Positions 63,563 to 64,000 of a DNA stretch of 64,000 nucleotides are shown in pieces. Location: NCBI RefSeq assembly GCF_009914755.1, contig NC_060934.1. One strand, 5' to 3'. Numbering within the stretch: position 1 is the first letter of the stretch; each line of letters begins with the position of its first letter. The notes under the pieces were generated by a model. The model was not told the DNA's origin, made no database searches, and saw only the letters and a program-made list of their open reading frames with translations. The DNA comes from the human T2T-CHM13v2.0 reference genome, Homo sapiens. The position numbers and the translations under genes were made by a program.

Positions 63563-64000
63563 GTGTTTTTTTTCTTAGGGCTGCTGTAAGAAAGGGCCAC
63601 AGAGTGGATGACTTAGACAACAGACATTTATTTCTCAAATTCTGCATGCTGGAAGTTCAAGATCAAGATATTGGCAATGGTGATTCCTTCTGAGGGTTGT
63701 GAGGGAGCATGATCTCTTCCATGTCCCCTCTTAGATTCTGGTAGTTTCATTAGTTCCTTGGCTTGTGTATGGTGGTTTTCCCTAATTCTTCACATCATCT
63801 TCTCTGTAAGCATGTCTGTTTTTAGGCCCATATTCCCTGTTTCATTAGGACCCAGTCATATTGGATTAGTGTCCATCCTAACAGTCTCATTTTAACCTGA
63901 TCATCAGCAAAAACCCTATTTCCAAATAAGGTCACATTCATAAGAACTGGGGTTAGAACTCTGGCATATTTTTGGGAAGGAGAAAACACAATTCAAACCA
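63563..64000 (-). mobile_element. MLT1B/C LTR
   Basis: 'tagggctgctgtaa', 'ggaagttcaagatcaag', 'ccctatttccaaataaggtcacattc', 'acacaattcaa'. Confidence 0.85.

Overview
Primate (human or African great ape) genomic DNA, not microbial. The window is an internal part of MALRD1 (DIET1; MAM and LDL-receptor class A domain-containing 1) on the + strand. Five coding exons (3204-3314, 7011-7224, 23420-23667, 27657-27948, 63183-63428) have canonical AG/GT boundaries and compatible phases (0-0, 0-1, 1-0, 0-1, 1-1). They splice into one open 1111-nt frame: end of a MAM domain, LDLa, a complete MAM, LDLa, start of the next MAM. The rest is AT-rich intron full of Alu, L1, L2, MIR, MaLR LTRs, hAT MITEs and simple repeats. 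Almost all ORF-track entries are repeat or low-complexity artefacts. I found no new gene system. The most interesting hypotheses are a 540-nt two-exon MAM cassette that could be skipped in frame or circularised into a stop-free circRNA, and an in-frame alternative splice donor. There are also several fossil rearrangements: inverted or triplicated segments around TA tracts, a duplicated LTR-L1 junction, and twin-primed L1s. Repeat subfamily names come from recalled consensus sequences and are approximate.
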